Origin: Candidatus Eiseniibacteriota bacterium
Lineage (GTDB): Bacteria > Eisenbacteria > RBG-16-71-46 > CAVPCR01
Assembly: GCA_963702435.1 (NCBI GenBank)
Contig: CAVPCR010000004.1
Span: 694,752 to 758,751 of the forward strand
Length of the DNA: 64,000 nt
Direction of reading: 5' to 3'
The translations under genes were made by a program, and so were the position numbers. Under the pieces are notes generated by a model. That model saw only the letters and a list, made by a program, of their open reading frames with translations, was not told where the DNA came from and made no database searches. This document shows, piece after piece, positions 8,576-19,791 of the stretch (positions are counted from its first letter, which is position 1; every line of letters begins with the position of its first letter).

Positions 8576-11515
8576 ATGGCGTTTTCGCGACAGAGGGCCC
8601 TTCTCGTCCCGGGTCTTCTTGCCCTGTGGGCGACGCAGGCCGCGGCTATCGTGCCTGATAGCGACTCGTCGGTCTTCGACATCCCCCTTCCCGCGACTGC
8701 GATCCTCCAGGCGCCGCTCGATATGCCGGGCGCCCTCGACGCCGACGACCTCATGACCGCACGCTACGGCGGCGACTGGTACGTGCATCTCTGGCATCCC
8801 GGCTCGCGGACGCCGCTCGCCATCTACGGCTCGGGCGTCCAGGTGGCGAGTGCCCCGCTCTCGACCGACGCGCTCGCCGAGCAGGCGGCGATGAGCTTCC
8901 TGCAGGCGAACGGGGATGTCCTGCGCGCGGACTCGAGCGACCTCGTGCTCGACCAGATCGCCCGCGGTGCGGAGCGGGTCGGTGTGCACTTCCAGCAGCG
9001 CTTCCACGGGGTCCCGGTCATCGGCGGCCGCGTGAAGTCCCTGTTCACCGACGAGGGTCGTCTTGTCCTCTTCGGCTCGTCCTTCTACGGCGACATCGAC
9101 GTGAGCCCGGTGCCCGCCCTCTCGGCGGCGGAGGCCGAGGGCCGCGCCCGCGCCGACCTGCCGTTCAATCCGGCCACCGACCAGATCCTCGGCGAGACCG
9201 AGCTCTTCGTGCTCCCGGTGGCGCTTCCCGAGGGCGGCGCCGACTATCACCTCGTGTGGCGCACCCAGGTGGCGCTCAGCGCTCCGTACGGGATCTGGGT
9301 GACCCACGTGGACGCCCACAACGGCGAGATCATCTGGCGCTACAACGACGTGCACAGCGCGTACTCGGGCTCGTCCAGCGGCCCGGTCGATCAGCCCACC
9401 TACTGCCAGGGGCAGTCGACCTCGCCCTTCCGCAACATGTACGTGAACGTGACCGGGGTGGGCACCGCGACCACCGACGCCAGCGGCAACTTCTCGATCG
9501 CCGGCACCGGCGGCAATCGCGCTCTCACGGCCCAGTTCAACGGGACCAAGTTCAACGTTAACGACACCCAGTTCGGCGACGCCACCTTCAACGGCACGAT
9601 CCAGGAGGATGTGCCCTTCGCCATCAACTGGAGCGACGCGACGCCGTCGCGGCGCGCGGAGCGCGATGCCTTCTACTGGCTCAACCAGACGTACGAGTAC
9701 GTTCGCACGATCGACAACACCTGGACCATTCCGACGCACCTCGTGAACGTGAACGTCAACTCGACCTGCAACGCCAACTGGACGACGTGGACCATGAACT
9801 TCTTCCGGGAGGGCGGCGGCTGCGCCAACACCGGGCACATCGGCGACGTCATGGCCCACGAGTTCGGGCACGGCATCCAGCACACGCTGATCGGGAGCCA
9901 GGGCCAGGAAGGTTGCGGCGAGGGGAACGGCGACATCATCGCCACCTTCATGGCGGACGATCATGTCATGGCCCGCGGCTTCACCCTGAACGTCTGCACG
10001 AGCGGGCTCCGCGACTGCCTGAACACGCTGCGCTATCCGGGTGACGTGGTCGGGCAGCAGATCCACAACGCCGGCCGCGTGATCTGCGGCTTCAACTGGG
10101 ATCTGCGGGTCCTCCTCGAGAACAAGATGGGTACGGCCGCCGGCAAGGCGCACACCGCCCGTCTCTGGCACTTCTCGCGCAAGGTCTACTTCGCCGACAC
10201 CCAGCCGGAGCAGGTCCTCGGCTACTTCGCCGTGGACGACAACGACGGAAACCTGGGCAACGGCACGCCGAACCGCGCCGAGATCTGCCAGGCGGCGACC
10301 AACCACGGCTTCAGCTGCCCGGCGATCACCGAGGGCGTGAACATCACGCACGCGCCGCTCATCGACACCACGAACCTCGGTCCGTACACGGTCTCGGCCA
10401 CGATCGCCGCATTCGGCCCGCACCCGCTCAATACGAGCTCGCCGCGCGTCTGGTACTCGGTGAACGGCGGCGCCTTCGGCTCGGTCGGGATGACCAACAC
10501 CAGCGGCTCGACCTGGGAGGGTCAGATCCCGGCCCAGGCCACCGGTGCGGCCATCGCCTACTACGTCATCGCGGAGACCACGGTGGGGGTTCCGGGGCTG
10601 GCCCCGCCCGGGGCGCCCGAGGACTACTACCTGTTCGGCGTCGGCACCTTCAACGTCAACATCGACGACGACATCGAGACCGATCTCGGCTGGACGGTGA
10701 GCGAGCCCGGAACCGACGGGACCTGGGAGCGCGCGGATCCGAACGGCACCTTCGCCGGATCGGTGCCGGTCAATCCCGAGAACGACCACACGGCGGATCC
10801 GGGTGTCACCTGCTGGGTGACCGGCAATCCACCGGCCGGATCCTTCTTCTTCTTCGAGGAGGTCGACGGGCGGACGTCGATCGTGAGCCCGATCGTCGAT
10901 CTCGCGGGTGCTTCGATGGCCCGCGGCTCGGTGTGGCTCTGGGCCTACGTCGCCAACAACAACGTCTACGACTACCTCGAGCTCTCGGCGTCGTCGGACG
11001 GCGGCACGACCTGGACTGCCCTCGAGCGCCTGACGGCGGTCAACCTCAACGCCTGGAACGAGTACGAGTTCACGCTGAGCCCGCTCGACTTCACGTTCAC
11101 GGCGCAGATGCGGTTCAAGGTCACGGCCGAGGACGTTGCTCCCGACACCATCGTCGACTGCGGCATGGATGACTTCCTCCTGCGCTCGCTCGTGCCCGGT
11201 ACGGTATCGGTTTCCGGCCCGGCGGACGTGCGACCGGTGAGCTACGTGCTCCACCCGAGCCAGCCGAATCCGTTCAACCCGCGCACCGAGATCCGCTACG
11301 AGCTGCCGGCGGACGGTCCGGTGAGCATCACCGTGTACGACGTCAGCGGGCGCGAGATCCGCGTGCTCGTCGACGAAGCCAAGGAAGCCGGCACGCACTC
11401 GGCGTCCTGGGACGGCACCGACAGCCAGGGCCAGTCCCTCGCGTCGGGCGTCTACTTCTACCGGCTCCAGGCGGCCGGATTCACGCAGACGCGGCGCATG
11501 ACCCTCGTCAAGTAG
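8576..11515 (+). CDS. Secreted thermolysin/fungalysin-like (M4/M36) zinc metallopeptidase with propeptide and C-terminal FlgD-Ig-like domain
   Basis: Signal peptide; FTP/PepSY-like propeptide (VHFQQRFHGVPV, VDAHNGEII); HEFGH plus EGNGD zinc ligands; C-terminal PNPFNPRTEIRY...WDGTD...ASGVYFYRL; SD GAGGAG. Confidence 0.88.
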   Translation: MAFSRQRALLVPGLLALWATQAAAIVPDSDSSVFDIPLPATAILQAPLDMPGALDADDLMTARYGGDWYVHLWHPGSRTPLAIYGSGVQVASAPLSTDALAEQAAMSFLQANGDVLRADSSDLVLDQIARGAERVGVHFQQRFHGVPVIGGRVKSLFTDEGRLVLFGSSFYGDIDVSPVPALSAAEAEGRARADLPFNPATDQILGETELFVLPVALPEGGADYHLVWRTQVALSAPYGIWVTHVDAHNGEIIWRYNDVHSAYSGSSSGPVDQPTYCQGQSTSPFRNMYVNVTGVGTATTDASGNFSIAGTGGNRALTAQFNGTKFNVNDTQFGDATFNGTIQEDVPFAINWSDATPSRRAERDAFYWLNQTYEYVRTIDNTWTIPTHLVNVNVNSTCNANWTTWTMNFFREGGGCANTGHIGDVMAHEFGHGIQHTLIGSQGQEGCGEGNGDIIATFMADDHVMARGFTLNVCTSGLRDCLNTLRYPGDVVGQQIHNAGRVICGFNWDLRVLLENKMGTAAGKAHTARLWHFSRKVYFADTQPEQVLGYFAVDDNDGNLGNGTPNRAEICQAATNHGFSCPAITEGVNITHAPLIDTTNLGPYTVSATIAAFGPHPLNTSSPRVWYSVNGGAFGSVGMTNTSGSTWEGQIPAQATGAAIAYYVIAETTVGVPGLAPPGAPEDYYLFGVGTFNVNIDDDIETDLGWTVSEPGTDGTWERADPNGTFAGSVPVNPENDHTADPGVTCWVTGNPPAGSFFFFEEVDGRTSIVSPIVDLAGASMARGSVWLWAYVANNNVYDYLELSASSDGGTTWTALERLTAVNLNAWNEYEFTLSPLDFTFTAQMRFKVTAEDVAPDTIVDCGMDDFLLRSLVPGTVSVSGPADVRPVSYVLHPSQPNPFNPRTEIRYELPADGPVSITVYDVSGREIRVLVDEAKEAGTHSASWDGTDSQGQSLASGVYFYRLQAAGFTQTRRMTLVK

Positions 11516-11561
11516 GACGAGGACAGCGCGGCTCGCCGCCCCGGCGCGGCGAACGAGACCA

Positions 11562-11597
11562 GGAAGGGGGCGCCTCGGTGACGAGGTGCCCCCTTCC
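11562..11597 (+). terminator. Stem-loop downstream of peptidase (putative terminator)
   Basis: GGAAGGGGGCGCCTC-ggtgac-GAGGTGCCCCCTTCC; weak U-tract. Confidence 0.55.
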
Positions 11598-11727
11598 GTC
11601 TTCTCCGCAGGCGGCCGGCGCGGTGGCGCGGAGGCCGCCGGTTGAACCGCGCCCGCATCGCGACTACCATGCTTCTCATTCACGAACGCGGGCCGCGTCG
11701 ATCCGGCCGGCGCAGAGAGGAGGCAGC

Positions 11728-12861
11728 GTGGACATCCTCGTCCTCCTGGGCGGCAGCTCGGCCGAGCGCGAGATCAGCTTGAAGACCGGGACCGGCATCG
11801 TCGCGGCGCTCCGCCGGCGTGGGCACCGCGTGTGGGCCGGGGACCCATCGACCGGAGAGGTGGCTGCCGGCGACTGGCCGGCGATGGCCGGCCGCACGAG
11901 CGATGGCGCCGCGGGCGGCGCGGCCGCAGCGGGCCGGGAGCGCGCCGGCGCGTCCGGGGCGAACCTGGTCCTTGCCGAGCACGTGCGCACGCTCCTCACC
12001 GGGGAGCGCAGCGGAGCCGACGTCGTCTTCATCGCGCTCCACGGCGGTACCGGCGAGGACGGTACGATCCAGACCCTGCTCGAGCTCGCCGGCCGGCCGT
12101 ACACCGGCTCGGGCCCGCTCGCCTCGGGGCTCGCCATGGATAAGGTCATGGCCAAGCGGCTCTTCGTGTGGGCCGGCGTGCCGACGCCCGACTGGGTCGA
12201 GCTCGACGTCTCCACGGCGCTCGCGATGGCCGGCGGCGCCGGCTCCCGGGCCCTCCCCGCGCCGCCGCGCGCGCTGGCCGAGCTCGGCGGACTGCCGATC
12301 GTCGTCAAGCCGGTGGATCAGGGCTCGACCATCGGGCTCACCGTGGTCGAGGACTGGGCCGAGCTCGCGGCGGCTTTCGCCGCGGCCGCCCCCTTCGGCC
12401 GGCGCATCCTCTGCGAGCGATTCATTCCCGGGCGCGAGCTCGCGATCGGCATCCTCGGGCGGGAAGCGCTTCCGATCGTCGAGATCGAGCCGTCGAAGGG
12501 CATCTACGACTACGAGTGCAAGTACACGAAGGGCATGAGCCGCTACACCTGCCCGGCCGTGCTCGACACGGCGGCGGCGCGGGCGGTCGCCGATGTCTCG
12601 CAGCGAGCGTTCGCGGCGCTCGGCTGCGCCGATTTCGGGCGCGTGGACGTGCGGCTCAGTCCGGACGGACGGCCCTACGTGCTCGAGGTGAACACGATTC
12701 CCGGCATGACGGAGACGAGCCTCTTGCCGATGGCGGCGCAGGCCGCCGGGATGTCCTACGAGCTGCTCGTCGAGCGCATGTGCGAGCTGGCCGCGGAGCG
12801 GGCGGGCGAGAGCCGGACCGCCCTCGCCGGCGGTCGCCGGCACGAGGAGACGCGAGCGTGA
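11728..12861 (+). CDS. ddl: D-alanine--D-alanine ligase
   Basis: LLGGSSAEREISL, ALHGGTGEDGTIQ, MDK, YDYECKY, LEVNTIPGMTETS; SD GGAGG before GTG. Confidence 0.95.
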   Translation: MDILVLLGGSSAEREISLKTGTGIVAALRRRGHRVWAGDPSTGEVAAGDWPAMAGRTSDGAAGGAAAAGRERAGASGANLVLAEHVRTLLTGERSGADVVFIALHGGTGEDGTIQTLLELAGRPYTGSGPLASGLAMDKVMAKRLFVWAGVPTPDWVELDVSTALAMAGGAGSRALPAPPRALAELGGLPIVVKPVDQGSTIGLTVVEDWAELAAAFAAAAPFGRRILCERFIPGRELAIGILGREALPIVEIEPSKGIYDYECKYTKGMSRYTCPAVLDTAAARAVADVSQRAFAALGCADFGRVDVRLSPDGRPYVLEVNTIPGMTETSLLPMAAQAAGMSYELLVERMCELAAERAGESRTALAGGRRHEETRA

Positions 12862-14264
12862 CCCTCCGCATCCACGACAACCTGAGCCGCACCCTCAAGG
12901 AATTCGTACCCGTCGCGCCCGGACGCGTCGGGATGTACGTGTGCGGCATGACCGTGCAGGGTCCGCCCCATGTCGGGCACCTGCGCGCCGCCGTGTTCGG
13001 CGATGTGGTGCGCCGCTTCCTGGTCCATCGCGGCTATGCGGTCACCCTCGTCCACAACTTCACCGACGTGGACGACAAGATCATCGAGCGGGCGGCCGCC
13101 GAGCAGGTGGACTACCGTGTGATCGCCGAGCGCAACATCGCCGCCTATGAGGATGCCACCCGGCGCCTGAACGTGGGCCCTCCGGACGTGGCGCCCAAGG
13201 CGAGCGAGCACATGGCCGAGATCATCGCGCTCATCGCCGATCTGATCGCCAAGGGGCACGCCTATGCCGGCGGCGGCGACGTCTACTTCGCCGTGTCAAC
13301 CTATCCGCGCTACGGACAGCTCTCCGGCCGGCGCGTCGAGGAACTGCGCGCCGGGGCGCGCATCGAGGTCGGCGAGCACAAGCGGGCTGCCGAGGACTTC
13401 GCCCTGTGGAAGGGTGTGAAGCCCGGCGAGCCGGCCTGGCCCAGTCCGTGGGGTGCCGGCCGTCCCGGCTGGCACATCGAGTGCTCCGCGATGGCGATGC
13501 GCTATCTCGGGCCGGTGCTCGACCTGCACGGCGGCGGCATGGACCTCGTCTTCCCCCATCATGAGAACGAGCTCGCGCAGTCGGAGGCGGCGACCGGCCG
13601 ACCCTTCGCCCATCACTGGATCCAGCACGGCCTCGTCAATCTCGGCGGCGAGAAGATGTCGAAATCCACGCAGCACTTCTTCCTCGCGTCCGACATCTTC
13701 CGCGACGTGGACCCGGAGGTCGTGCGCTACTACCTGATGACCACGCACTACCGGAGTCCGATCGAGTTCTCACTCGAACGGCTCCGCGAGGCCGAGGTCG
13801 CGCTCAAGCGACTCAGGAACTTCGTGGCCGATGCGGCCTTCGCGGCCGGGAGCGCCGCCGGGGCCGGGCATCCGGCGGTCGAAGCGCTCATCGGTGCGGC
13901 CGAGACCGAGTTCGAGGCGGCGATCGACGACGACCTCAACACCGCGCGGGCGATCGCCGCGCTCTTCGAACTGGCGCGCGAGGTGGGCCGGCTGCGGAGC
14001 GAGGAGGGCCTCGGCGGGCCGGCCTTCGCGGCTTCGATGGCCCGGTCCGGGCAGGTGGTCGGGACCCTGGGCGGGATCCTCGGCCTCGAGCTGGCGGCAA
14101 GCGGAGGTGCGATCCCGGAAGCGGCCGAGACCCTCCGGGCGGAGCGGGAGCGGGCGCGGGCAGCCCGCGACTGGGCGCGAGCCGACGCCCTGCGGGCCGA
14201 GATCCAGACGCTCGGGTTTGCCGTGGAGGACCACCCGGGTGGGAGCCGGCTCAAACCGCTATGA
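12858..14264 (+). CDS. cysS: Cysteine--tRNA ligase
   Basis: MYVCGMTV..PHVGH (HIGH-like), GRPGWHIECSAM, FPHHENE, KMSKS; GTG overlaps the ddl stop. Confidence 0.97.
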   Translation: MTLRIHDNLSRTLKEFVPVAPGRVGMYVCGMTVQGPPHVGHLRAAVFGDVVRRFLVHRGYAVTLVHNFTDVDDKIIERAAAEQVDYRVIAERNIAAYEDATRRLNVGPPDVAPKASEHMAEIIALIADLIAKGHAYAGGGDVYFAVSTYPRYGQLSGRRVEELRAGARIEVGEHKRAAEDFALWKGVKPGEPAWPSPWGAGRPGWHIECSAMAMRYLGPVLDLHGGGMDLVFPHHENELAQSEAATGRPFAHHWIQHGLVNLGGEKMSKSTQHFFLASDIFRDVDPEVVRYYLMTTHYRSPIEFSLERLREAEVALKRLRNFVADAAFAAGSAAGAGHPAVEALIGAAETEFEAAIDDDLNTARAIAALFELAREVGRLRSEEGLGGPAFAASMARSGQVVGTLGGILGLELAASGGAIPEAAETLRAERERARAARDWARADALRAEIQTLGFAVEDHPGGSRLKPL

Positions 14265-14538
14265 CGCAAGACATTGTGAATAAATGAGTTGAGACTGCCG
14301 ACCGGCGCGCCGGCGATCCTCGCGGTCCGGCGTGATCCATCTATTTCATTGTAAGATATATACTTGACCGAATCGGCGGCCCCCGGTCCGGGGTCCACAT
14401 TAGGATGGCCCGAGGCGGGCCCGCGGAAAGCTCGGGGGGAACCTCCGACGATGAGCGTGGATGGACCCGGTTCTGGCAACCCGGCCGGGAGCCGGCCCGG
14501 GCGACCGACCGCAAGGCCGAACGGATCCGGCTTTTCCC

Positions 14539-14568
14539 TTGACAGGTCATTCCGCACCTAACTAGACT
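14539..14568 (+). promoter_or_regulatory. Putative sigma70 promoter of the tRNA-tuf operon
   Basis: TTGACA-N18-TAGACT. Confidence 0.65.
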
Positions 14569-14821
14569 CTTCGGGCTTTGCGCAAGCTACGCCCCTGGCG
14601 CGAGTTCGGGCTGCTTGCGGGGGTATGCACCCGGCCGCGCCGGCACCGGATAGGCCACATCTCTTCTCGAGATCGATTCCGATCCTGATTCCATCCACGT
14701 CGGCCTCGCCTTCACGCGCGATCTCCCTTCGCGCGACGCCGAGTCCGGTCGGGTGAGGTGTCTCCTCGTCTCCGTGGCGCGACTCTGATCGCCGGGTGCG
14801 GCTCTTGCGGCATCGGTGCGT

Positions 14822-14898
14822 GCTGGCGTAGCTCAATCTGGTAGAGCTCCTCACTTGTAATGAGGGGGTTATGGGTTCAAGTCCCGTCGCCAGCTCCA
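14822..14898 (+). tRNA. tRNA-Thr(TGT)
   Basis: Cloverleaf; acceptor GCTGGCG/CGCCAGC; anticodon arm CCTCA-CTTGTAA-TGAGG; GTTCAA T-loop; CCA end. Confidence 0.95.
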
Positions 14899-14957
14899 GT
14901 AGCTCGAGGTGGCTCGAGGCGGTGGGCGCGCCCGGCGCGAGAGCCGGGACGATTCCT

Positions 14958-15043
14958 GGGGAGGTTCCCGAGAGGTCAAAGGGAACAGACTGTAAATCTG
15001 TCGGCGTACGCCTTCGAAGGTTCGAATCCTTCCCTCCCCACCA
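14958..15043 (+). tRNA. tRNA-Tyr(GTA)
   Basis: Acceptor GGGGAGG/CCTCCCC; ACAGA-CTGTAAA-TCTGT; long variable arm; CCA end. Confidence 0.97.
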
Positions 15044-15076
15044 TCTCGGGATGATCGTCGTCGCGAGCGTGCGTGA

Positions 15077-15152
15077 GCGGGAATAGCTCAGTGGCTAGAG
15101 CGTCAGCCTTCCAAGCTGAGGGTCGCGGGTTCGAATCCCGTTTCCCGCTCCA
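15077..15152 (+). tRNA. tRNA-Gly(TCC)
   Basis: GCGGGAA/TTCCCGC; TCAGC-CTTCCAA-GCTGA; GTTCGAA; CCA end. Confidence 0.97.
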
Positions 15153-15278
15153 ACTTTCACTCGCCGGACGGAGCGGGCAGCGGGAATCCCCCGGCTGATC
15201 GCGAGGAGGTCCGGAGCGAGCCACAACGATCGCCCGTCCCGCCGGCGGGGCGGATCGCCGTTGCGAGTGGCGTGGAGA

Positions 15279-15353
15279 GCCCACGTAGCTCAGTCGGTAG
15301 AGCAAGTGCATGGTAAGCAAAGGTCACCGGTTCGATTCTGGTCGTGGGCTCCA
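15279..15353 (+). tRNA. tRNA-Thr(GGT), anticodon stem imperfect as assembled
   Basis: GCCCACG/CGTGGGC; loop ATGGTAA; GTTCGAT; CCA; canonical Thr-Tyr-Gly-Thr-tuf context. Confidence 0.85.
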
Positions 15354-15476
15354 ACTCTTGTCGCAAGGTCGCGGAAGCGGGATCGCCGGAAGCACGGTCA
15401 CCGGAAGCATGGTCACCGGTAACGAACAGGCAGAAGGACGAGCTCAAGACATGACCGCCGTGGAGGTCGGGTAACG

Positions 15477-16672
<1,196 letters not shown>

Positions 16673-16702
16673 CCGGCCGGCGCTTACCGGGGAGAGCTAG
16701 CG

Positions 16703-16852
16703 ATGCGAGACAAGGTGATCCTGGCTTGCAGCGAATGCAAGCGACGGAACTACAACATCAACAAGAACAAGCGTAAGCACCCGGACCGGCTGGAGTACAA
16801 GAAGTACTGCCCGTTCTGCCGGAAGCACACCCCGCACAGGGAGACGCGCTGA
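16703..16852 (+). CDS. rpmG: 50S ribosomal protein L33 (Zn-ribbon type)
   Basis: Manual translation [49 protein letters not shown]. Confidence 0.95.
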   Translation: MRDKVILACSECKRRNYNINKNKRKHPDRLEYKKYCPFCRKHTPHRETR

Positions 16853-17034
16853 TGCTGGACAAGGCGAAGGAATTCCTGAAGGACGTCCGGATCGAGGCGA
16901 CCAAGGTCACCTGGCCGAGCCGGGAAGAGCTGCGCGAGTCCACCGTCGTGGTGGTGGTCACCGTGTCGATCATCTCGGTCTTCATCGCCGTCGTGGACCG
17001 GGGCGTCGGGTTTCTGGTCTCTCTGATCATCTAG
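16852..17034 (+). CDS. secE: Preprotein translocase subunit SecE
   Basis: KVTWPSREEL motif plus one TM helix; upstream of nusG. Confidence 0.93.
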   Translation: MLDKAKEFLKDVRIEATKVTWPSREELRESTVVVVVTVSIISVFIAVVDRGVGFLVSLII

Positions 17035-17098
17035 TCACCGGGGGCGGGGAAGCGGGCAGCGGCGGCCGGTCGGGCCGGTCGCGGCGCGGACGGAGAAC

Positions 17099-17629
17099 AT
17101 GGCCAAGAGTGGTATGTGATCCATACCTATTCGGGTCACGAGAACAAGGTTAGATCCAATCTCGAGCGGGCATCCGGCTACGGCCGGGCTGCAGGAGCTC
17201 CTTCGGCGAGATCCTGGTCGCCACCGAGGAGTTCGCCGAGATGAAGGACGGCAAGCGCACGGTCTCGAAGCGCAAGACCTTCCGTGCTACGTGCTCGTCG
17301 AGATGGAGCTCGACACCGAGACCCAGGCGCTCGTGACGAACATCCCCGGCGTGACCCGCTTCGTCGGGACCGGACAGAATCCGATTGCCGCTGAGCCGAG
17401 GCGGAGATCGACCGCATCCAGGGACGCATCGACGGCACCGACGAGGAGCTGGCCGAGGTCCCGTACAAGGCGGGCGACCACGTTAAGGTGATCGACGGTC
17501 CGTTCAGCGAGTTCACCGGCGTGGTGGACGAGATGAACGCGGAGCGCGGGAAGCTCAAGGTGATGGTCTCGATCTTCGGCCGCGCAGACGCCGGTGGAGC
17601 TCGACTTCCTCCAGGTGCAGAGCCTCTAG
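17099..17629 (+). CDS. nusG: Transcription termination/antitermination factor NusG (multiple apparent indels)
   Basis: [31 protein letters not shown] motif [19 protein letters not shown]. Confidence 0.93.
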
Positions 17630-17761
17630 CGGCGAACGAGGGACCTCCGCCGGGGATGCTGCCGCAGATCGCGGTGCGCCCCACGGTGCGAGGGAGCGGC
17701 AGGGCGGCGGCCCGTTCTCACCGGGAACGGACCGGTCGCGCCACCGCGACGAGGAGATGAC

Positions 17762-18186
17762 ATGGCCAAGGCAATTCTCGCGCAGGTCAAGTTGCAGATC
17801 CCTGCCGGGCAGGCCAATCCTGCCCCGCCGGTCGGGCCCGGCCCTGGGCCAGCACGGCGTCAACATCATGGAGTTCTGCAAGCAGTTCAACGCCCGCACG
17901 CAGAGCCAGCAGGGGCTGATCATTCCGGTCGTGATCACGGTCTACAAGGACCGGTCCTTCACCTTCATCATCAAGACACCGCCCGCGGCCATCCTGCTCA
18001 AGCGGGCCGCCGGCATCGCCACCGCCTCCGGGGAGCCGAACCGCAAGAAGGTCGGCACGGTCACCCGGCAGCAGGTGCGCGAGATCGCCGAGCTCGAAGA
18101 TGCCCGACCTGAACGCCAACGACGTGGACACGGCGATGCGGATGATCGAGGGCACCGCGCGCAGCATGGGCATCACGGTGGAATAG
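17762..18186 (+). CDS. rplK: 50S ribosomal protein L11 (apparent indels)
   Basis: [42 protein letters not shown]. Confidence 0.95.
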
Positions 18187-18205
18187 GCGGGGGAGGCTTG
18201 ACGCG

Positions 18206-18914
18206 ATGAAGCACGGGAAGCGATATCGCAAGGCGGTCGAGGAGATCGGCGCTCGCCGGATGGTCGGCGACCTCGGCGAGGCCGTCGAGATGCGTGAAGA
18301 AGTTCGCCACCGCCAAGTTCGACGAGACGATCGAGATCTCGGCCAAGCTCGGCGTCGATCCGCGCCACGCCGACCAGCATGGTGCGCGGCACGGTGGTGC
18401 TCCCGCACGGCACCGGACAAGCACGGTGCGCGTGCTGGTCCTCGCCAAGGGCGAGAAGGTGAAGGAAGCCGAGGCGGCCGGCGCCGACTTCGCGGGCGGC
18501 GAGGACATGGTCCAGAAGATCCAGGAAGGCTGGCTCGACTTCGACAAGGTGGTCGCGACCCCCGACATGATGGGCGAGGTCGGCAAGCTCGGCAAGATCC
18601 TCGGTCCGCGCGGGCTCATGCCCAACCCGAAGAGCGGCACGGTGACCTTCGATGTGGCCAAGGCCGTGCGCGACCTGAAGGCGGGCAAGATCGAGTTCCG
18701 CGTCGACAAGGGATCGAACGTGCACGCGCCGCTCGGGAAGAAGTCCTTCGAGCACGCGAAGCTCAGGGAGAATCTCGAGACCTTCCTGCGCGAGCTGGTC
18801 CGCGCCAAGCCGGCGGCGGCCAAGGGCAATTACGTGCGTAGTCTGACCTTGAGCTCGACGATGAGCCCCGGCGTGCGGCTCGACGTCAACACCGTTCTGA
18901 GCGAGCTCGTTTAG
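18206..18914 (+). CDS. rplA: 50S ribosomal protein L1 (apparent indels)
   Basis: [30 protein letters not shown]. Confidence 0.95.
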
Positions 18915-19016
18915 CCGGGGGCGAAGGCTTCTGGACCGCCGTTCGCCCGGCTCGAGCGGGCCGGCGGGAGGCGCCGGGCGATCGCATCTGCGGTCGCACC
19001 GCCGAGAGGAGTGGAG

Positions 19017-19655
19017 ATGCCGACTCAAGCGAAGATGACCGAGATCGATGCGCTCGTCCGCGAGTGGACCGGCGCGCAGAGCGTCGTGCTGGCCGACTAC
19101 GGCGGCATGGACGTGGCCACGATCTCCGAGCTCCGCCGGCGCTGCCGCGCGGAGAAGGTGCGCTTCCGCGTCGCCAAGAACACGCTGTCGAAGCGTGCGC
19201 TCGAGCAGATCGGGATGGGCGAGCTGGGGCCGCTGCTCGAAGGCTCGATCGGAATCGCCGTCTCGCACGGCGACGAGATGGCGGCGGTGCGTGTGATCGC
19301 CGCGTTCGCCAAGGAGAAGGAGAAGCCGCAGGTCAGGGGCGGCATGGTGCAGGGTCGCCTGTACACGATCGAGGAGATCAAGGTCCTCGCCAGCCTGCCG
19401 GCACGGAACGAACTCCTCGCCCAGCTCCTTATGACTTTCCAGGCGCCGACGAGCGGAGTGGTCGGCATCCTGAACCGTCTCACCAGCGACCTCGTTTCGA
19501 TCCTCGACCAGCTGGCGGAGAAGCGGGGCGGCGGCGCCGCGCCGGCTCCTGCCGCCGGCACGGCCGAGACCGCCGAGGGGGCGCCGGAGGAGAACCCGGC
19601 CGCGGACGCCGCGGAGGACGCGGACGCCGCGGAGGCCGGGGACGCCCCGGTCTGA
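19017..19655 (+). CDS. rplJ: 50S ribosomal protein L10 with acidic Ala-rich C-terminal tail
   Basis: DYGGMDV, VAKNTL, LASLP; position between rplA and rplL. Confidence 0.93.
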   Translation: MPTQAKMTEIDALVREWTGAQSVVLADYGGMDVATISELRRRCRAEKVRFRVAKNTLSKRALEQIGMGELGPLLEGSIGIAVSHGDEMAAVRVIAAFAKEKEKPQVRGGMVQGRLYTIEEIKVLASLPARNELLAQLLMTFQAPTSGVVGILNRLTSDLVSILDQLAEKRGGGAAPAPAAGTAETAEGAPEENPAADAAEDADAAEAGDAPV

Positions 19656-19791
19656 CCGGGGCGCGGCTCCTCATGGCGTGGAGCCCCCGCCGGTCGCCGG
19701 CGGGTCGGGAACGGGAGCCCACTGGAAGCCAGGCTCTACGGACTAGCGGTTCGTTGACCTCAATCACCAACTAGATAGGGAGAACCAGGAG

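Noticed and set aside
8549..11683. 1044-aa antisense ORF and other long Arg/Ala/Pro-rich shadow ORFs (e.g. 5854-8280, 38145-40016, 49366-51168)
   Set aside because: Expected stop-poor opposite or alternate frames of high-GC genes; no recognisable motifs
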